This document shows, one piece after another, positions 38,001 to 49,341 of a DNA stretch of 64,000 bases (positions within the stretch are counted from its first letter, which is position 1; each line of letters begins with the position of its first letter). Source of the DNA: Zancudomyces culisetae HAW-14-8 (Eukaryota; Fungi; Kickxellomycota). Location: assembly GCA_052426225.1 (NCBI GenBank), contig JBNJNM010000009.1, forward strand, positions 186,001 through 250,000, in the 5' to 3' direction. The notes beneath the pieces were generated by a model. That model did not search any database. It was not told where the DNA came from and was given only the letters and a program-made list of their open reading frames with translations. Made by a program: the position numbers and the translations under genes.

Positions 38001-40110
38001 GCCTGTTATCCGTGAGTACTATCCTGTGCTCGGCTACATTTGTTTGCTTTAACTTGTCGATATCATCTACAAATAATTCGTTATAGTCCTGGACTAAGGC
38101 CTCTAAACCTGCTACACCATCACCTTGTATTCCTGTTGGTGATTCCGTGAAAAAATATAAATCCCAGGTTTCCTCTACAGTATGTGCTTCTTTGGTAGTA
38201 ACTAGTGGTGTTACCACTTCTGCTCTATCCACAGGTAATCTTAGTTCTGGCACTGCTAGATTTAGACTGGCTTTATGTTTTAAAAGCCAATCCATACCTA
38301 ATATTATTGTTGGTGACATATTTCCCAACACCACCAATGATGCTACGAACTCAATTTTACTAATCATAATTGGTACACCTGACACCACACCTAGAGTTTC
38401 ATGACGTTTCCCGTCCGCTGTTATAATAACGTGCGAACTCTTCATGTTAGGCTCCAAACCAATCTTGTTCAAAGCACCTGTAGTAATCACAGAGCATGCC
38501 GCCCCTGTGTCTACCACCGCTTTCCACTGTAACTGGTAAATCTCAACCGTCATACTACAGTTTGTAGTAGCTTTTTCCTGGATTCTTATCTCGTTTAGGG
38601 CGGTCTGCGGTGAAACTTCAACTATGTTTTTCCAATCCTGTGCAATTTTTTCCGAATTTTGAAGTAATTGAATCATGCTAATTTTTGGATAGACTTTCTC
38701 CAACTCTTCCCTCAAATTGAACTTTTTCACTCTATCAATCGTTCCTGACTCCGGTTGGGTGACTCTCTCCGCCCGAAGCTCCTGTGCGTCCATGTCTCCC
38801 GTATTTCTAATCTTAGCTGGTCTTCCAACTCGACCAGCCGCATCCGTTGCTTTTCTTTTTTCTACCATAAGTACTTCGTCTACTTCAGTAGGTTCAGTAC
38901 CTATGGATAAAAAATTGACTTTCTTTTCCTCGTGCTCCTTTTGAAACCGTGGACATTCAAACTTCCGGTGACCTTTCTCATGACAATAATAACACTCCCA
39001 TGTGCTTGCACGTTCCACCTTTGCTTGACTTCCCCACTTTTTAGTTGAAGCAACCGTTTGATCTAACTTTTCCAAGAGGCTGACACTAAGCTCTTGAAAG
39101 GTTTTGAGAAACTCTCCAAACTGCCCAGCTTCCGTAGTCAATTCTTTTACCGACTTGCCTGACCGGGTAGCAGCGTTCTTAGTAGTTGGCTTACTACTCT
39201 TAATTGCTGCCTGTATATCCCTCCTACAATTTGTACTTTGTTCCAACTTAGCCACTAACTTAAGTACCGCTTCTCTATCTAAACCTTCCTTATCTGAAAG
39301 TCTTTCCCTAATATCATCTGAGAACGTACTAACCAGTGAACCAAGTTTAGTCACCTCTTCCTTGATTCCTACTTGTTTCCATAACTTTTCCAATTCCATT
39401 TCTAGCTCCTCCAGACTTTCAAACTCTGCTCGTTTGATTGTTCCAAGTCTGGTCCATGCTCCACTAGTAGAAAACACTGTACTATATTTCTTTTTGAACT
39501 CCTTAGTATATATTTCCCACGACGTGAAACTATTCTTGTTCCTCTTATACCAGATTGTTTCAGACTTGCCTAGCCACAACTTAACTAACCCGACCCAATC
39601 CTCAGGGTCCCACTTGTTAATCTTCGCAATTAGTTGAAAGTCCTCAAGCCAGTCCTCGGCGTTTATTCCTTTCCCACTTTCGAATATAGTGACTTTGTCC
39701 ATGATTCAATTAGTATCGATGTAGATTCCGACAGAAGGCACCACTGTCGTATAATAAAGAAATTTTATTTATACCTAATGTAAAAACAATATAATTTGTA
39801 ACTCTAAGTAAGTATTATCCTTGATAACTAATACCACTTAAAGATTAACTTGTACTGATATATTGAGTGATTAGAATCTAATATTTATTAATGTGAACCA
39901 CAAAATCTGATAGATAAAACTCTCACAAAAACTCTACCAAACCTTAAATAAAAACTAATTACGATTAAAGGGATTCAATTTTCATTGTTTTTCCTTTACG
40001 TAATTTTAGCCAATAAAACCTATCTAAAATAACTTTATAAAATTGAACTAAAAAATATACTAAAATAAACAAAACTAAACTAAAACATAGTACTATTGTA
40101 CTATACGACA
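35030..40110 (-). mobile_element. Full-length Ty3/gypsy LTR retrotransposon A, apparently intact
   Basis: 366-bp LTRs at 35030-35395 and 39745-40110, identical by eye; TSD TCGC; PBS TGGTGCCTTCTGTCGGAATC; PPT AAAGGGGGAGTGC. Confidence 0.97.
35407..39702 (-). CDS. Single-ORF Gag-Pol polyprotein of element A (Gag, CCHC, PR, RT, RH, IN; no chromodomain)
   Basis: CYYCHEKGHRKFEC, VDTGA, MPFGL, FVDD, TTDAA, HHCC + DDE integrase, WEGPY. Confidence 0.95.
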   Translation of the reverse strand: MDKVTIFESGKGINAEDWLEDFQLIAKINKWDPEDWVGLVKLWLGKSETIWYKRNKNSFTSWEIYTKEFKKKYSTVFSTSGAWTRLGTIKRAEFESLEELEMELEKLWKQVGIKEEVTKLGSLVSTFSDDIRERLSDKEGLDREAVLKLVAKLEQSTNCRRDIQAAIKSSKPTTKNAATRSGKSVKELTTEAGQFGEFLKTFQELSVSLLEKLDQTVASTKKWGSQAKVERASTWECYYCHEKGHRKFECPRFQKEHEEKKVNFLSIGTEPTEVDEVLMVEKRKATDAAGRVGRPAKIRNTGDMDAQELRAERVTQPESGTIDRVKKFNLREELEKVYPKISMIQLLQNSEKIAQDWKNIVEVSPQTALNEIRIQEKATTNCSMTVEIYQLQWKAVVDTGAACSVITTGALNKIGLEPNMKSSHVIITADGKRHETLGVVSGVPIMISKIEFVASLVVLGNMSPTIILGMDWLLKHKASLNLAVPELRLPVDRAEVVTPLVTTKEAHTVEETWDLYFFTESPTGIQGDGVAGLEALVQDYNELFVDDIDKLKQTNVAEHRIVLTDNRPIKQRPYRIPFRLQEEVGKEIDRMLEQNVIAPSNSEWCSPVVVVQKKNGKLRICADYRKLNAVTVKDSYPLPIIQDLFMALAGACIFTTLDALSGFWQIKMSEEDREKTSFALPGGGSYHYNVMPFGLTNSPSTFQRTMETVLKKVLWKKAVVFVDDIIVFSKSASSHVEDLKEVLELLKQGQIQLHKDKCNIGLTEIDYLGHVISGEGIATSSTKIEAISKLKSPTCIKEVQSFLGMTGYYRKFIEKYAIIANPLTALLKKGIKWNWGKSQEEAFLELKKAMTEAPVLAHPNWDYSFVVTTDAAVSGVGAILSQVIEGKERPVEYASRTTSNAEKNYSISHLEGLAVVWAVKKFKFYLYGRKFVIKTDHKALLNMFNGEELSGRLARWAMFLRSYEFDIEHIPGKVNPADHLSRSSLIETTEEESIEVYNIWVNEENLVRQFLLDGTLPQDVSEELAEKIKKKSKSYKQVDGKIYRWVKGQLKEVLTAEESIDMIKKVHDDTHEGIENTWVRVSRNHYAKGLYKQVVDYVKRCHVCQVFKDGRSRKHPLVPVHAVKPFEIFGMDAIGPINPISESGNRYILTAIDYCTKWPIAIPVDNLLSETIVDFIINNIVTYYGVPQKIITDRGSSFVSNVTTEVFNWLQLDHSPTTSYRPQSNGQCERLNKTLVNLLQKICRKDKNNWDRYLWKVLLIMRTMESKSTGYTPAEMMYGTEMCIPSTWKSNGVIEDEVEQVKSRLELMKSNLPQIRKIGVRKAVAAKESEKVRYNKTVKFTKFQVGEKVLKLVEYERGKLESLWEGPYTVMKRFTKGAYLISDQFGNRDLVNGDLLKKYHESKFMIPEISNRLRPKLLTFKQAQNNEGIIA

Positions 40111-40885
40111 TCGCATAATGTGAAGTATCACTACTTCCATTAGCGCTACCATCACGTGTTATACCGGTTCTGGTACGATCACTGATGGTTGATGCACTTC
40201 TATTGCGTAATGCAATGTGCATCGAGGGGTGCTCGGGTGAGCTAATACCCCTGTACAGTGTCGGTGAAATTGTACTCACCGACATTTCTTCCGGGTTCCT
40301 ACGGATCTGGAGTTGACGGACACTTTCTGTCAACTCACCAAGGGTGCGGGGACTTAATACCCCTGCATCCTGATCCATGCTGCTGCCCCTGCTCATGCTG
40401 GTAGAAGTGTGTGACTCCCTCCTGGAGTCACATTCGGTTCCAATCCAACTGTTTAAAAACATTATTGCTAATTTATCTTTTGGTTTATATTTGATTTTAT
40501 TTAATTATTTTATTATAGTATTCCGTATCGAGACATGGATGATGTTTTCATATGTCATCCATACGTCTCCTTAAATATACTATTCGAATGTTAAACCACT
40601 ATATAAAACTAAATACTAAAATATGACTATTGTTATACTATTATTAATAATTTGTTTGTTATTAATGATAAATGTAAAATGCATGGGATCATTTTACATT
40701 TTACATTCATCATTATTGAACTAGCTCAGTATGAAAAATTGATTGCATACTGAGCTCAAAATTATTTGAATTTATTTAAAAAAAGTAAACAAAAATGAAT
40801 TTGCATTTTCGCACTGAGTGTACCATTTTCAGGCACATCCACGTGCTATTGTACAAATTGTTAATAATGCGACACTGTGTATATT

Positions 40886-41730
40886 TTTCGCATGAGTGAG
40901 CAATTGTACACTTAAGTACAATTGTAGTACAAATTGAAGTACACTCATCGCAGAATGAAAATTAAATTTTTGTATCTGCATGAAATTCAATTTGGAAAAT
41001 GAGCGACACAGTATGAAATTAATTCTACATGCTGAGTCGACTCAATAATGATAGAATTTAGTATGAAAAATGTCTTCATACTAAATCCTAAATTAGATAA
41101 TAATTATTAGGTGTTCCCAACACCTAATTCAACATTCACTACATAAGTAAAATATGTAGAGGAAGTCAGTATAAAGTCATATAGTTCTTATAGTACATAA
41201 GTAATAGTAATTTAAACGTTTTGAAGATAGTAGCAGTTTAATAGTAATTTATATTTAAGGAACAAGAAGAGGGAAATGGAAAAACCTCATCCATGTTCTA
41301 CTCTACGGATTAAATAGTATATTTATTTAAACACAATAAAACAAACTTCAGAATATTATTGATAATAACCAATAACCAAAAATGAACTATTTCTTTTATA
41401 GTAAAAGCGAATCCAAGAGGGATTCAGAAACTAGCTCCAGTCTGAGTACGGCTAGTAGCATGGACCAAGAGACCGGGGTTCTAAGCCCTCGGACTCTTGG
41501 GGAGTTGACAGAAAGTGTCCGTCAACTCCAAATCCGTAGGAGCCCAGAACCAATGTCCGTGAGCAGCATCTCACCGACATTGTACAGGGGAAATAGCTCA
41601 CCCGAGCACCCCTATATGCACATCACACTACGGGGTAGTGGTGCATCCTCATCAAGTGGTCATACCCGAACTGGTATGACACGTGATGAACATAATAATC
41701 ATGATCTCCCGAATTATGATTATTACGACA
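40886..41730 (+). mobile_element. Solo LTR C (about 845 bp), diverged relative of family B
   Basis: Collinear with B2 from TTTCGCAT (B: TGTCGCAT) to TACGACA; homologous ORF. The left junction is degenerate. Confidence 0.75.
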
Positions 41731-41825
41731 TGTTGTATAATTACATGTTTAACGTCCTACTGAGTAATATAATTACCCAGTATTATACAGGACGGGACTT
41801 TTATTATTATATAATAGTACTATAA
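41382..41825 (+). CDS. LTR-encoded ORF of LTR C, reading out into LTR D1
   Basis: Core SSMDQETGVLSPRTLGELTESVRQLQIRRSPEPMSVSSISPTLYRG is conserved with family B, mainly through synonymous changes. Confidence 0.6.
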   Translation: MNYFFYSKSESKRDSETSSSLSTASSMDQETGVLSPRTLGELTESVRQLQIRRSPEPMSVSSISPTLYRGNSSPEHPYMHITLRGSGASSSSGHTRTGMTRDEHNNHDLPNYDYYDMLYNYMFNVLLSNIITQYYTGRDFYYYIIVL

Positions 41826-41953
41826 TTATTGTGGGAGAAAAAGACAATTTATTAATTAATTCAAAACTAGACTATTTAATGCATAAAATAATACTAATTA
41901 AATTAACCAATAAAATACAAGGAAATACAGGTATATAATTCCACTATATAACA
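41731..41953 (-). mobile_element. Solo LTR D1 (223 bp)
   Basis: TGTTGTATA...TATATAACA ends; same length as and highly similar to 47740-47962 and the inverted 50489-50711; followed by GTAT. Confidence 0.88.
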
Positions 41954-42374
41954 GTATTTGTAATATTATTTTAAATATGTTTGCCTTTTTAGGGGCTTTG
42001 TACTCAACTCCGAACTCTATCGCACTTGTATAGTTTTTATCCTACACCCTTGCTAATAGTTCGTTTTCTGAAGTTAGTACAGTCGTAATTTTTGTATATC
42101 TTATTTTTGTTTTTCTTCTTCTTTTGTTCTTCAAAACTGTGTATAAATTATATATATCTTTTGTTATCTCTAAAACTAATTATAAAACTTTTCCTGATAA
42201 CGACTAACCTGTTATCAAGGATAGAAATTGGATAAAACCCTCCATAGGGAGAAAAGTCCAATCTCCAATGAAATAAATATGATAAAATAAATATGATAAA
42301 CTAAATATGATAAATAAACTGCCAATCAAAGCTAGAAGGTATGAACTATCATTAATTATATGACAGTTACCCCC

Positions 42375-45300
42375 CTACCAGATTGGACTTATTCCTGAAT
42401 TAGTCTTGAAACGATACAACTTAGTTTTCAGTGGACCTGACACCTCTGGGATCATGTATCGACTGTGCTGATATGCCTTTAGTAAGTCCCCATTGATTAA
42501 GTCCCGATTACCAACATTATCTGAAATAATATAAGCGCCTTTGGATAATACATTCTCAACTTTTAGGGGCCCTCCCAGACTTCTTCTAGCTTACTAACGG
42601 TCTGTTCTACCCGTTTCAATACCAGATCTCCTGTCTTGAACGCTGATACTTTTACCGTCTTATTATAAACCTCCTTATCCTTTTCCTTAGCCGCTATATT
42701 GTTAGTAGCACTCGCTGTTCGCATCTCTGGTAAATCAGTAGTTATGGCTCTAATTCGCTCCTGAATAGCGAGGTCTAAATCGTCTGCGTCAGGTGGGGGT
42801 GCCCACACACTAGGTGTAACGATCTGCATTCCGTAGAGTAATTCTGATGGACTGAATTTGGTCGACTTATTCCTCATAGTTCGGATGGCCAATAGGGCCT
42901 TCCAAATATACTTGTCCCACTGTTCTTTATCGGCCCTGCATTGTCTCACCAAAGCGTTTTTAAGCGTTTGGTTCAGTCTCTCCACTTGCCCATTGGACTG
43001 TGGACGATATGGAGTTGTGGGTGTATGCCTAATCCCTAAGTATTTGTACACCTGCTCTGCTAGATCGCTAACGAATCCAGATCCCCGATCCGTGATAATC
43101 TGGTTTGGAACGCCAAAAACTTGCACTATATGTGTTAATATAAAACTTATTATGGTCTCTGTTTTAATATTTGGTACAGCGGCCGCCACCGGCCACTTGG
43201 TGAAATAGTCTATTCCAGTTAGTATAAATCGGTTGCCTGACTCACTAATCGGATTGATTGGTCCGATAGCATCTAGGCCGAATATTCCAAACGGTTTTTG
43301 AGCAAATATTGGATTCAAGTTGTTTCTCCTAGTCCTTCCTCCCCGGAACCGTTGGCACGTTTCGCATTCATTGACTACTTTCTTCACTGTTTCATATAAT
43401 CCTTCGCCTGTAAATTTCTCCTTAGCCTTTATCCATGTGTTTTCGATTCCTAGATGTGCTTCTTCATGAATCTTTTGTATAGTTTCTTCTATATTCTTTT
43501 CATGAAGTACCTCCTTCACTTGACCTTTGATTATACGACTTAGCTTATCATTCCTGATCACGTACTTCTTTGCCTTGTTTCTTAACTTCATCCTAAAATT
43601 ATCATCGGCACCTCGAGGATACTCATGCGTTTTTAAATAGTTAGTTATAGCAGAATAGTATAAGAAATCCAATGACATTATATCCAATAGTTCAGGCTTA
43701 TCTATTTCGTTTCCTCCAGGTAATCTGGATAGGGCATCGGCCGGGTTCTTCTTGCCAGGGCAGTGCTCGATAGTATACTCATATGTCCTTAGTATCATCG
43801 CCCACCTGGCGACTCGTCCTGTGATATCCTTACCATTAAACAACTGTCGGAGTGATTTATGATCAGTCCTAATTACAAAATGTTTTCCCCATAAATACTG
43901 TCTCAGCTTCTTAACAGCCCACACCACGGTTAGGCCTTCCAAGTGTGCTACTGAGTAATTTCGTTCATGCGGATTTAGTATTCTGCTTAGGTAACAAATG
44001 GGTTTCTCACCATCATCAAAAGTTTGTGAGAGAATGGCGCCTATCCCAACCACCGACGCATCTGTTGTCACCACAAACTCCTTCATCCAGTCCGGATGAG
44101 CTAATACCGGAGCCATACTCAGTTTCAATTTTAGATCTTCAACTGCCTTTTGTTGTTCCTCACCCCAGTTCCAATGGGTGTTTTTCTTCAATAGCTTCAA
44201 TAATGGTGACACAACCCTCGCATAGTTTTCTACAAACTTGCGGTAATAGCCCGTGAGTCCAAGAAAGGACTGTAACTCCTTTACATTATTGGGAATGCTT
44301 GCAGTTTGTATTGCCTTAATTTTATCTGTACTAGTTTCGATTCCTTCTCCAGAGACTGTGTGTCCTAAATAAGTTATGCTGCGCATACCTAGCCTACACT
44401 TATCTGCGTGCAACTGAATCTTGTGTTTTCTTAGCAATTCGAGAACCTCCCTTACATCGACTATATGCTGATCAATAGTTCTTGAATACACCACAATGTC
44501 GTCAATGAAGACAACCGTGGTCTTCCACAGCACTGGGGCTAGAGCCTGCTCCATCATTCGCTGGAAGGAAGCAGGACTGTTGGTGAGCCCGAATGGCATC
44601 ACGTTATAACAGTATGTGCCACTCCCAGGAATAGCAAATGCAGTCTTGCTACGGTCCTCTGATGCCATGGGTATCTGCCAAAACCCACTGAGCGCATCAA
44701 AGGAACTGAATACCGTAGCGCCCGCCAAAGCCATGAATATATCCTCTATGGTAGGTAATGGGTAGGAGTCTTTTCGCGTGATTTGATTAAGCTTCCTGTA
44801 GTCGGCACAGATGCGCAACCGACCATCCTTCTTCCATACGGTCACAACAGGAGAGCACCATTCAGAAGTACATGGTGATATCACTCCGTTGTTTTCCATG
44901 ACACGCAGTGTCAAGATCTGGAGTCTGGAAAGTTATATTTATTATTATTAAAGTTTATTGTATGAATGTATACAAGATACTAGATACTGAATCCAAGACA
45001 GGAAAATTGTACCCTTTTTATACTTTTTTCCAGCCTTGGTTTTTGAACAAAATCACTATGAAAACTGCGGAATAGCTAAATATGCAAGCTAAAGTAAAAC
45101 ATGTTTGATTACTAATCTAATTGGATTAGTAATCAAACAAAATTCAAACTCGAATGCTAATAAAACTAAACATGTGAAAATTATTACGTAAGAAAAATTA
45201 AGAAATATGTGAATTTTCGGTAATGTTCTAGAATGTTGGGGAACATTCTAAACATTACTGCGGAATAAAATCAGATGATTCTAGAACGTTTTCGAACATG

Positions 45301-47220
45301 CTAGAATCAGTTCATGACACGCAGTTCTTCTCTTACTTTCTCATACAGGTGAAACGGAATCCTGTAAGGCCGCTGCTTTATTGGCCTTTCTGACGTTAGT
45401 TCTATTCTATGCTGGGTTACATCAGTTTGTGTCAACTGGCTAATGTCCTTGATGTATAAATCCTCGTTATCAGCAACCAACTCCTGTATCCTTGGATCCT
45501 GACATTGCTCCTCCTCTAGTTTCAATTGGTTTGGTGCCATTACTAAGTAAACCTCTGCTTCCTCCCACTCATCCTCATCTGTAACTGACCTTATATAAAG
45601 CGGTGATATCAGCATGCGGTTGCCTATGGGTAAGCTCAATTGACTCTTCAACAAATCTATAGTTGCTCTATTCCTGTACAACCAATCTGTGCCTAGAATC
45701 AAGATATCCTCTTTTCTGTCCATGATCGTGAGTGTAGCGGCAAATGTATAATTTCCTATCTGTATTGGCACCTCCTTAATCGTGCCCAACGGAGCATGCC
45801 GCTTTCCGTCAGCCGTTACTATGACCTGCCCATCAGTGCTTTCGGCTACTAGTCCCCATCTATAAGCCAACCTGGGGGTGGCCACGGAGCATGCAGCTCC
45901 AGTGTCAACAATTGCCCAGATCTTTTGACTGAAGACTCTCACCTCAACCTTGCAACTTGTGGTTCTTTCTGATTTTACCTGTAATTCATTAAGCTCAGTC
46001 TTGCGTACTTTCTTAACCATCTGTCCCATATCTTGTGATAAGTGTGGTGCGGCTTGTATAAGCTGGGGTAAGCTGATATGCGGGTAGTAGTTCATAAGAT
46101 CCGCAGTTAAATTAAATGGCTCCACACCCTCTGTTATCTTTGGTATGAGTTTGTTCCTTTGCTTTGACCCCTCTGTGCTTATAGCCACCTTTTCAGTACT
46201 AAACTGGTTTCCTGTTGTAACATTCACGCCCGCCGGCTCCACTTTCATATCCTCTACTTCCTGTCCATGCACAACTGGTACAGGTTTAACTTGCATCGGC
46301 TTCCTGCCACTAATGGTACCATTGTACGCATACGGCTTTGAACTATCTCTACCTTTGCTGCCTCGGTTCACTGCAAATAACTCCGTGTCTTCTATCTCTG
46401 GCGTTTTTATCTCCATGTAGTTGACACTACTGTCTTTCCTTTTGTCTCTGTTTGGGCATTCTGGTGACTTATGCCCTTCTTGCCCACACGTGAAACACTT
46501 GATTGGTCCTCTGGTAAAGTTCTGAATTCGTGGACGGCGACTCTCTCGTAATCTGTTCTCTACCATCTCATCCACTTTTGTCAACAGATTAACACTCCAC
46601 TCCTCCATTTTCTTCAGCATCACCTCATATCCTAAGTTCTCCTGCGTCATGTCACTTATTGGTCTGCCTGAATGAGGTAGCTGGATGCGCGGTTTTGTCT
46701 GCTTCTGTATGATATCTTTTTCTACCAAAACCGTTTTTTTCTGTCCAGCATGCTGTTGCTCGTCTTTGCTCAGTAACTCCACAATGTTTGACCAACTTTC
46801 CATACCTGAATCCCTAACTCTTACTCTGTTTTCAGCTGTCAGCGTGCTGAGTAACCAGTTAGTTTTCTGGCTCTCCTCTGTAATTTTTGCTTTTTCCAAC
46901 ACCTCCTCCAACTCGTACTCTAGCTCCTCTATCGACTCAAAATCCTCTTGACGCAATGATTTCAACTTTTCTACGTACTTCAAACTCTGATCTTTTGGCC
47001 CAAACTTTGTAACAAACAGTTTTGTGAATTCTTCCCAGGTGGTGAAGTTTGCCATACATTTCTTGTACCATATTGCCTCACGTTTGCCCAAATATAGCTG
47101 CACAAAATCGATCCAGTCATTAGGATCCCACTTATTTAACTTGGCGATGATACGGTATCTTTCAACCCACTCGCTGGGGTCTGTCCCGCTGGACGTCTCA
47201 AATATTTCTGACTTATTCAT
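42375..47220 (-). pseudogene. Gag-Pol of element E, interrupted by solo LTR K and a 1-bp deletion near 42565
   Basis: ORFs 47220-45307 and 44914-42563 join when K is removed. After 'WEGP' the A-homologous tail (KGAYIISDNVGNRDLINGDLLKAY) continues in another frame. Confidence 0.9.
44909..45319. mobile_element. Solo LTR K (411 bp) inside the RT region of E
   Basis: TGTCAAGA...TCATGACA ends; 5-bp TSD CGCAG at 44904-08 and 45320-24. Confidence 0.88.
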
Positions 47221-47739
47221 TCCTATTCCTAACTTTCACTTCACTGTTGTGGTGCTAACGCTGTTTAGCCTAACTATTTTTCACTAACCTATACTCTTGC
47301 TGGCCTTATGCCTAGCTGGGAGCGCCAATTGTAATATTATTTTAAATATGTTTGCCTTTTTAGGGGCTTTGTACTCAACTCCGAACTCTATCGCACTTGT
47401 ATAGTTTTTATCCTACACCCTTGCTAATAGTTCGTTTTCTGAAGTTAGTACAGTCGTAATTTTTGTATATCTTATTTTTGTTTTTCTTCTTCTTTTGTTC
47501 TTCAAAACTGTGTATAAATTATATATATCTTTTGTTATCTCTAAAACTAATTATAAAACTTTTCCTGATAACGACTAACCTGTTATCAAGGATAGAAATT
47601 GGATAAAACCCTCCATAGGGAGAAAAGTCCAATCTCCAATGAAATAAATATGATAAAATAAATATGATAAACTAAATATGATAAATAAACTGCCAATCAA
47701 AGCTAGAAGGTATGAACTATCATTAATTATATGACATAT

Positions 47740-49081
47740 TGTTGTATAATTACATGTTTAACGTCCTACTGAGTAATATATTTACCCAGTATTATACAGG
47801 ACGGGACTTATATTATTATATATTAGGACTATAATTAATTTGGGAGAAAAAGACCATTTATTAATTAATTCAAAACTAGACTATTTAATGCATAAAATAA
47901 TGCTATTTAAATTAACCAATAAAATACAAGGAAATACAGGTATATATTTCTACTATATAACAGTATCCCCCCTTCAAGCTTGAGTTGCCCGCGACCAAGC
48001 TCACCAAAACTACTTAGTCTCTAAAAAATGATATTTTAAGTAAATAAAATACTTATAAAACTAAAACTAAGTTGTTATCAAGCTTCAAAGTTTATCATGT
48101 GACTTCACACTGAAATTCCGAATTTCGAGCTCATAAATGTCGAAATTGTTGATTTCGAAATCGCTTCCTGGACTTCCTACTATGCTGTATTCAGACTCTA
48201 CATGGCCCATGGACCACTCACACTCACTTCCAACGGTCCCTAGCAAGTTCCAATATGCTTCACACTGCAGATTACCCTGTCTGCATCTCGTCCCTCACAT
48301 AAATCATCTTGCGTCACCTGAAGCCTGTGAGCTCCAACCATCTGCCTAGTCCATTTATACAAGCTCTAGTATCCTATTGTCCACTTCTGAACTACTCGAA
48401 TCGCACGAATTCCGCAATCTGAATTTCGAGATTTCGAAATTTCGAATCTCATCTTGGCCAATCTCAATTCCAATTCGGCCCAATAAGACTCCTCTCAACA
48501 GAGTAGAGTCCTGGCTGGATCACCACTGTTGTCAAAAGCTCAGATTCACAGCTTTTGTTTTTTCAATTAGTTGGAAACTATTATAGTAATTATACTATGT
48601 ACTATTTTAGTATAAGTTTTCACTATAATACTATAAGTTCCTGTGTAGAACCAACTTTATTAAATTAATATTTTTTCTTTCTAGGTCTTTTAAACAACCT
48701 ATTTATACAAAATTCAAATACTAATAGAAATTAATTTATACTAATAAACTACTTTTTTTTTACTTTCTTATCATGTCATAGAAAAACCATAAAGATAAAA
48801 AAACTATACATGATTCCTACAAATAAATAAACATATGCAAACATTCATGATTTGCATAAACAAATACTACTTAAAATATACTAATAAAATATGCACAGAC
48901 TACTTCTGTGTTTACTAATAATAAATAAATATGTGTAAACTACAAACAAATATTAAACAAGTAAGTCAAACAATTAAGTATAATACTATAAATAATAAAT
49001 ATTTACAAGAAAATATCATATAATCATATAAATATTTATATAAATGATAAACATATAGGTATGTTTACTCATTATATAACA
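47740..49081 (-). mobile_element. Non-autonomous TRIM-like element with mismatched LTRs (5' LTR I 48527-49081; 3' LTR D2 47740-47962)
   Basis: PBS at 48506-48525 complementary to tRNA-Arg(ACG)+CCA; PPT GAAGGGGGGATAC next to D2; about 560-bp internal region with no retroelement ORF; GTAT flanks once E is removed. Confidence 0.8.
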
Positions 49082-49085
49082 GTAT

Positions 49086-49338
49086 TGTTGTGTGTTGCCA
49101 TGTTTAACGTCCCATTTAGTGTTTTTTACACCAAATAACACACGGGACGGGTCATTTTACTTACCTTTTACTATATGCTGCGAATTATTATACAGTACTT
49201 TGGATTTTGCAAAAGAGGACATTTATTTAGTTAAACAAAAATTTCAATTTTATACAATAAAATCTACAAAAAATCTAACTAAAATTACAAAACACAATTA
49301 ACCAATGGAAATGTTTCACCTATTGTAGGCATACAACA
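49086..49338 (-). mobile_element. Solo LTR F (253 bp), distant relative of D
   Basis: TGTTGT...ACAACA ends; shares CATGTTTAACGTCC, GGACGGG and AATTAACCAAT with D; flanks GTAT / TAT. Confidence 0.8.
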
Positions 49339-49341
49339 TAT

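Larger units (their letters stand above)
35024..40874 (-). mobile_element. Solo LTR B1 (about 766 bp), split after its 6th base by element A
   Basis: TGTCGC...GCGACA ends; TSD CTGT at 35020-23 and 40875-78, which includes tRNA base +1. Near-identical to B2 and B3. Strand is that of the LTR ORF. Confidence 0.9.
41959..47736 (-). mobile_element. Full-length but disrupted Ty3/gypsy element E
   Basis: 407-bp LTRs at 41959-42365 and 47330-47736, identical by eye; TSD TATT; PBS TGGCGCTCCCAGCTAGG; G-run PPT. Confidence 0.95.

Noticed and set aside
39965-40462. 165-aa ORF as an independent membrane-protein gene
   Set aside because: It is the family-B LTR ORF reading into LTR A; the hydrophobic tail is T-rich LTR sequence.
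44897-45324. 12-bp TSD indicating a non-LTR or DNA transposon insertion
   Set aside because: TGTCAAGA/TCATGACA inverted termini with a 5-bp TSD fit a solo LTR better; no poly-A tail or transposase.
47963-47966. GTAT next to the PPT as the origin of all GTAT spacers (LTR capture by one element)
   Set aside because: The tRNA-Arg leader itself contains GTAT at -4..-7, and the Ser-side spacers match the Ser leader instead. The PPT match is treated as coincidence.
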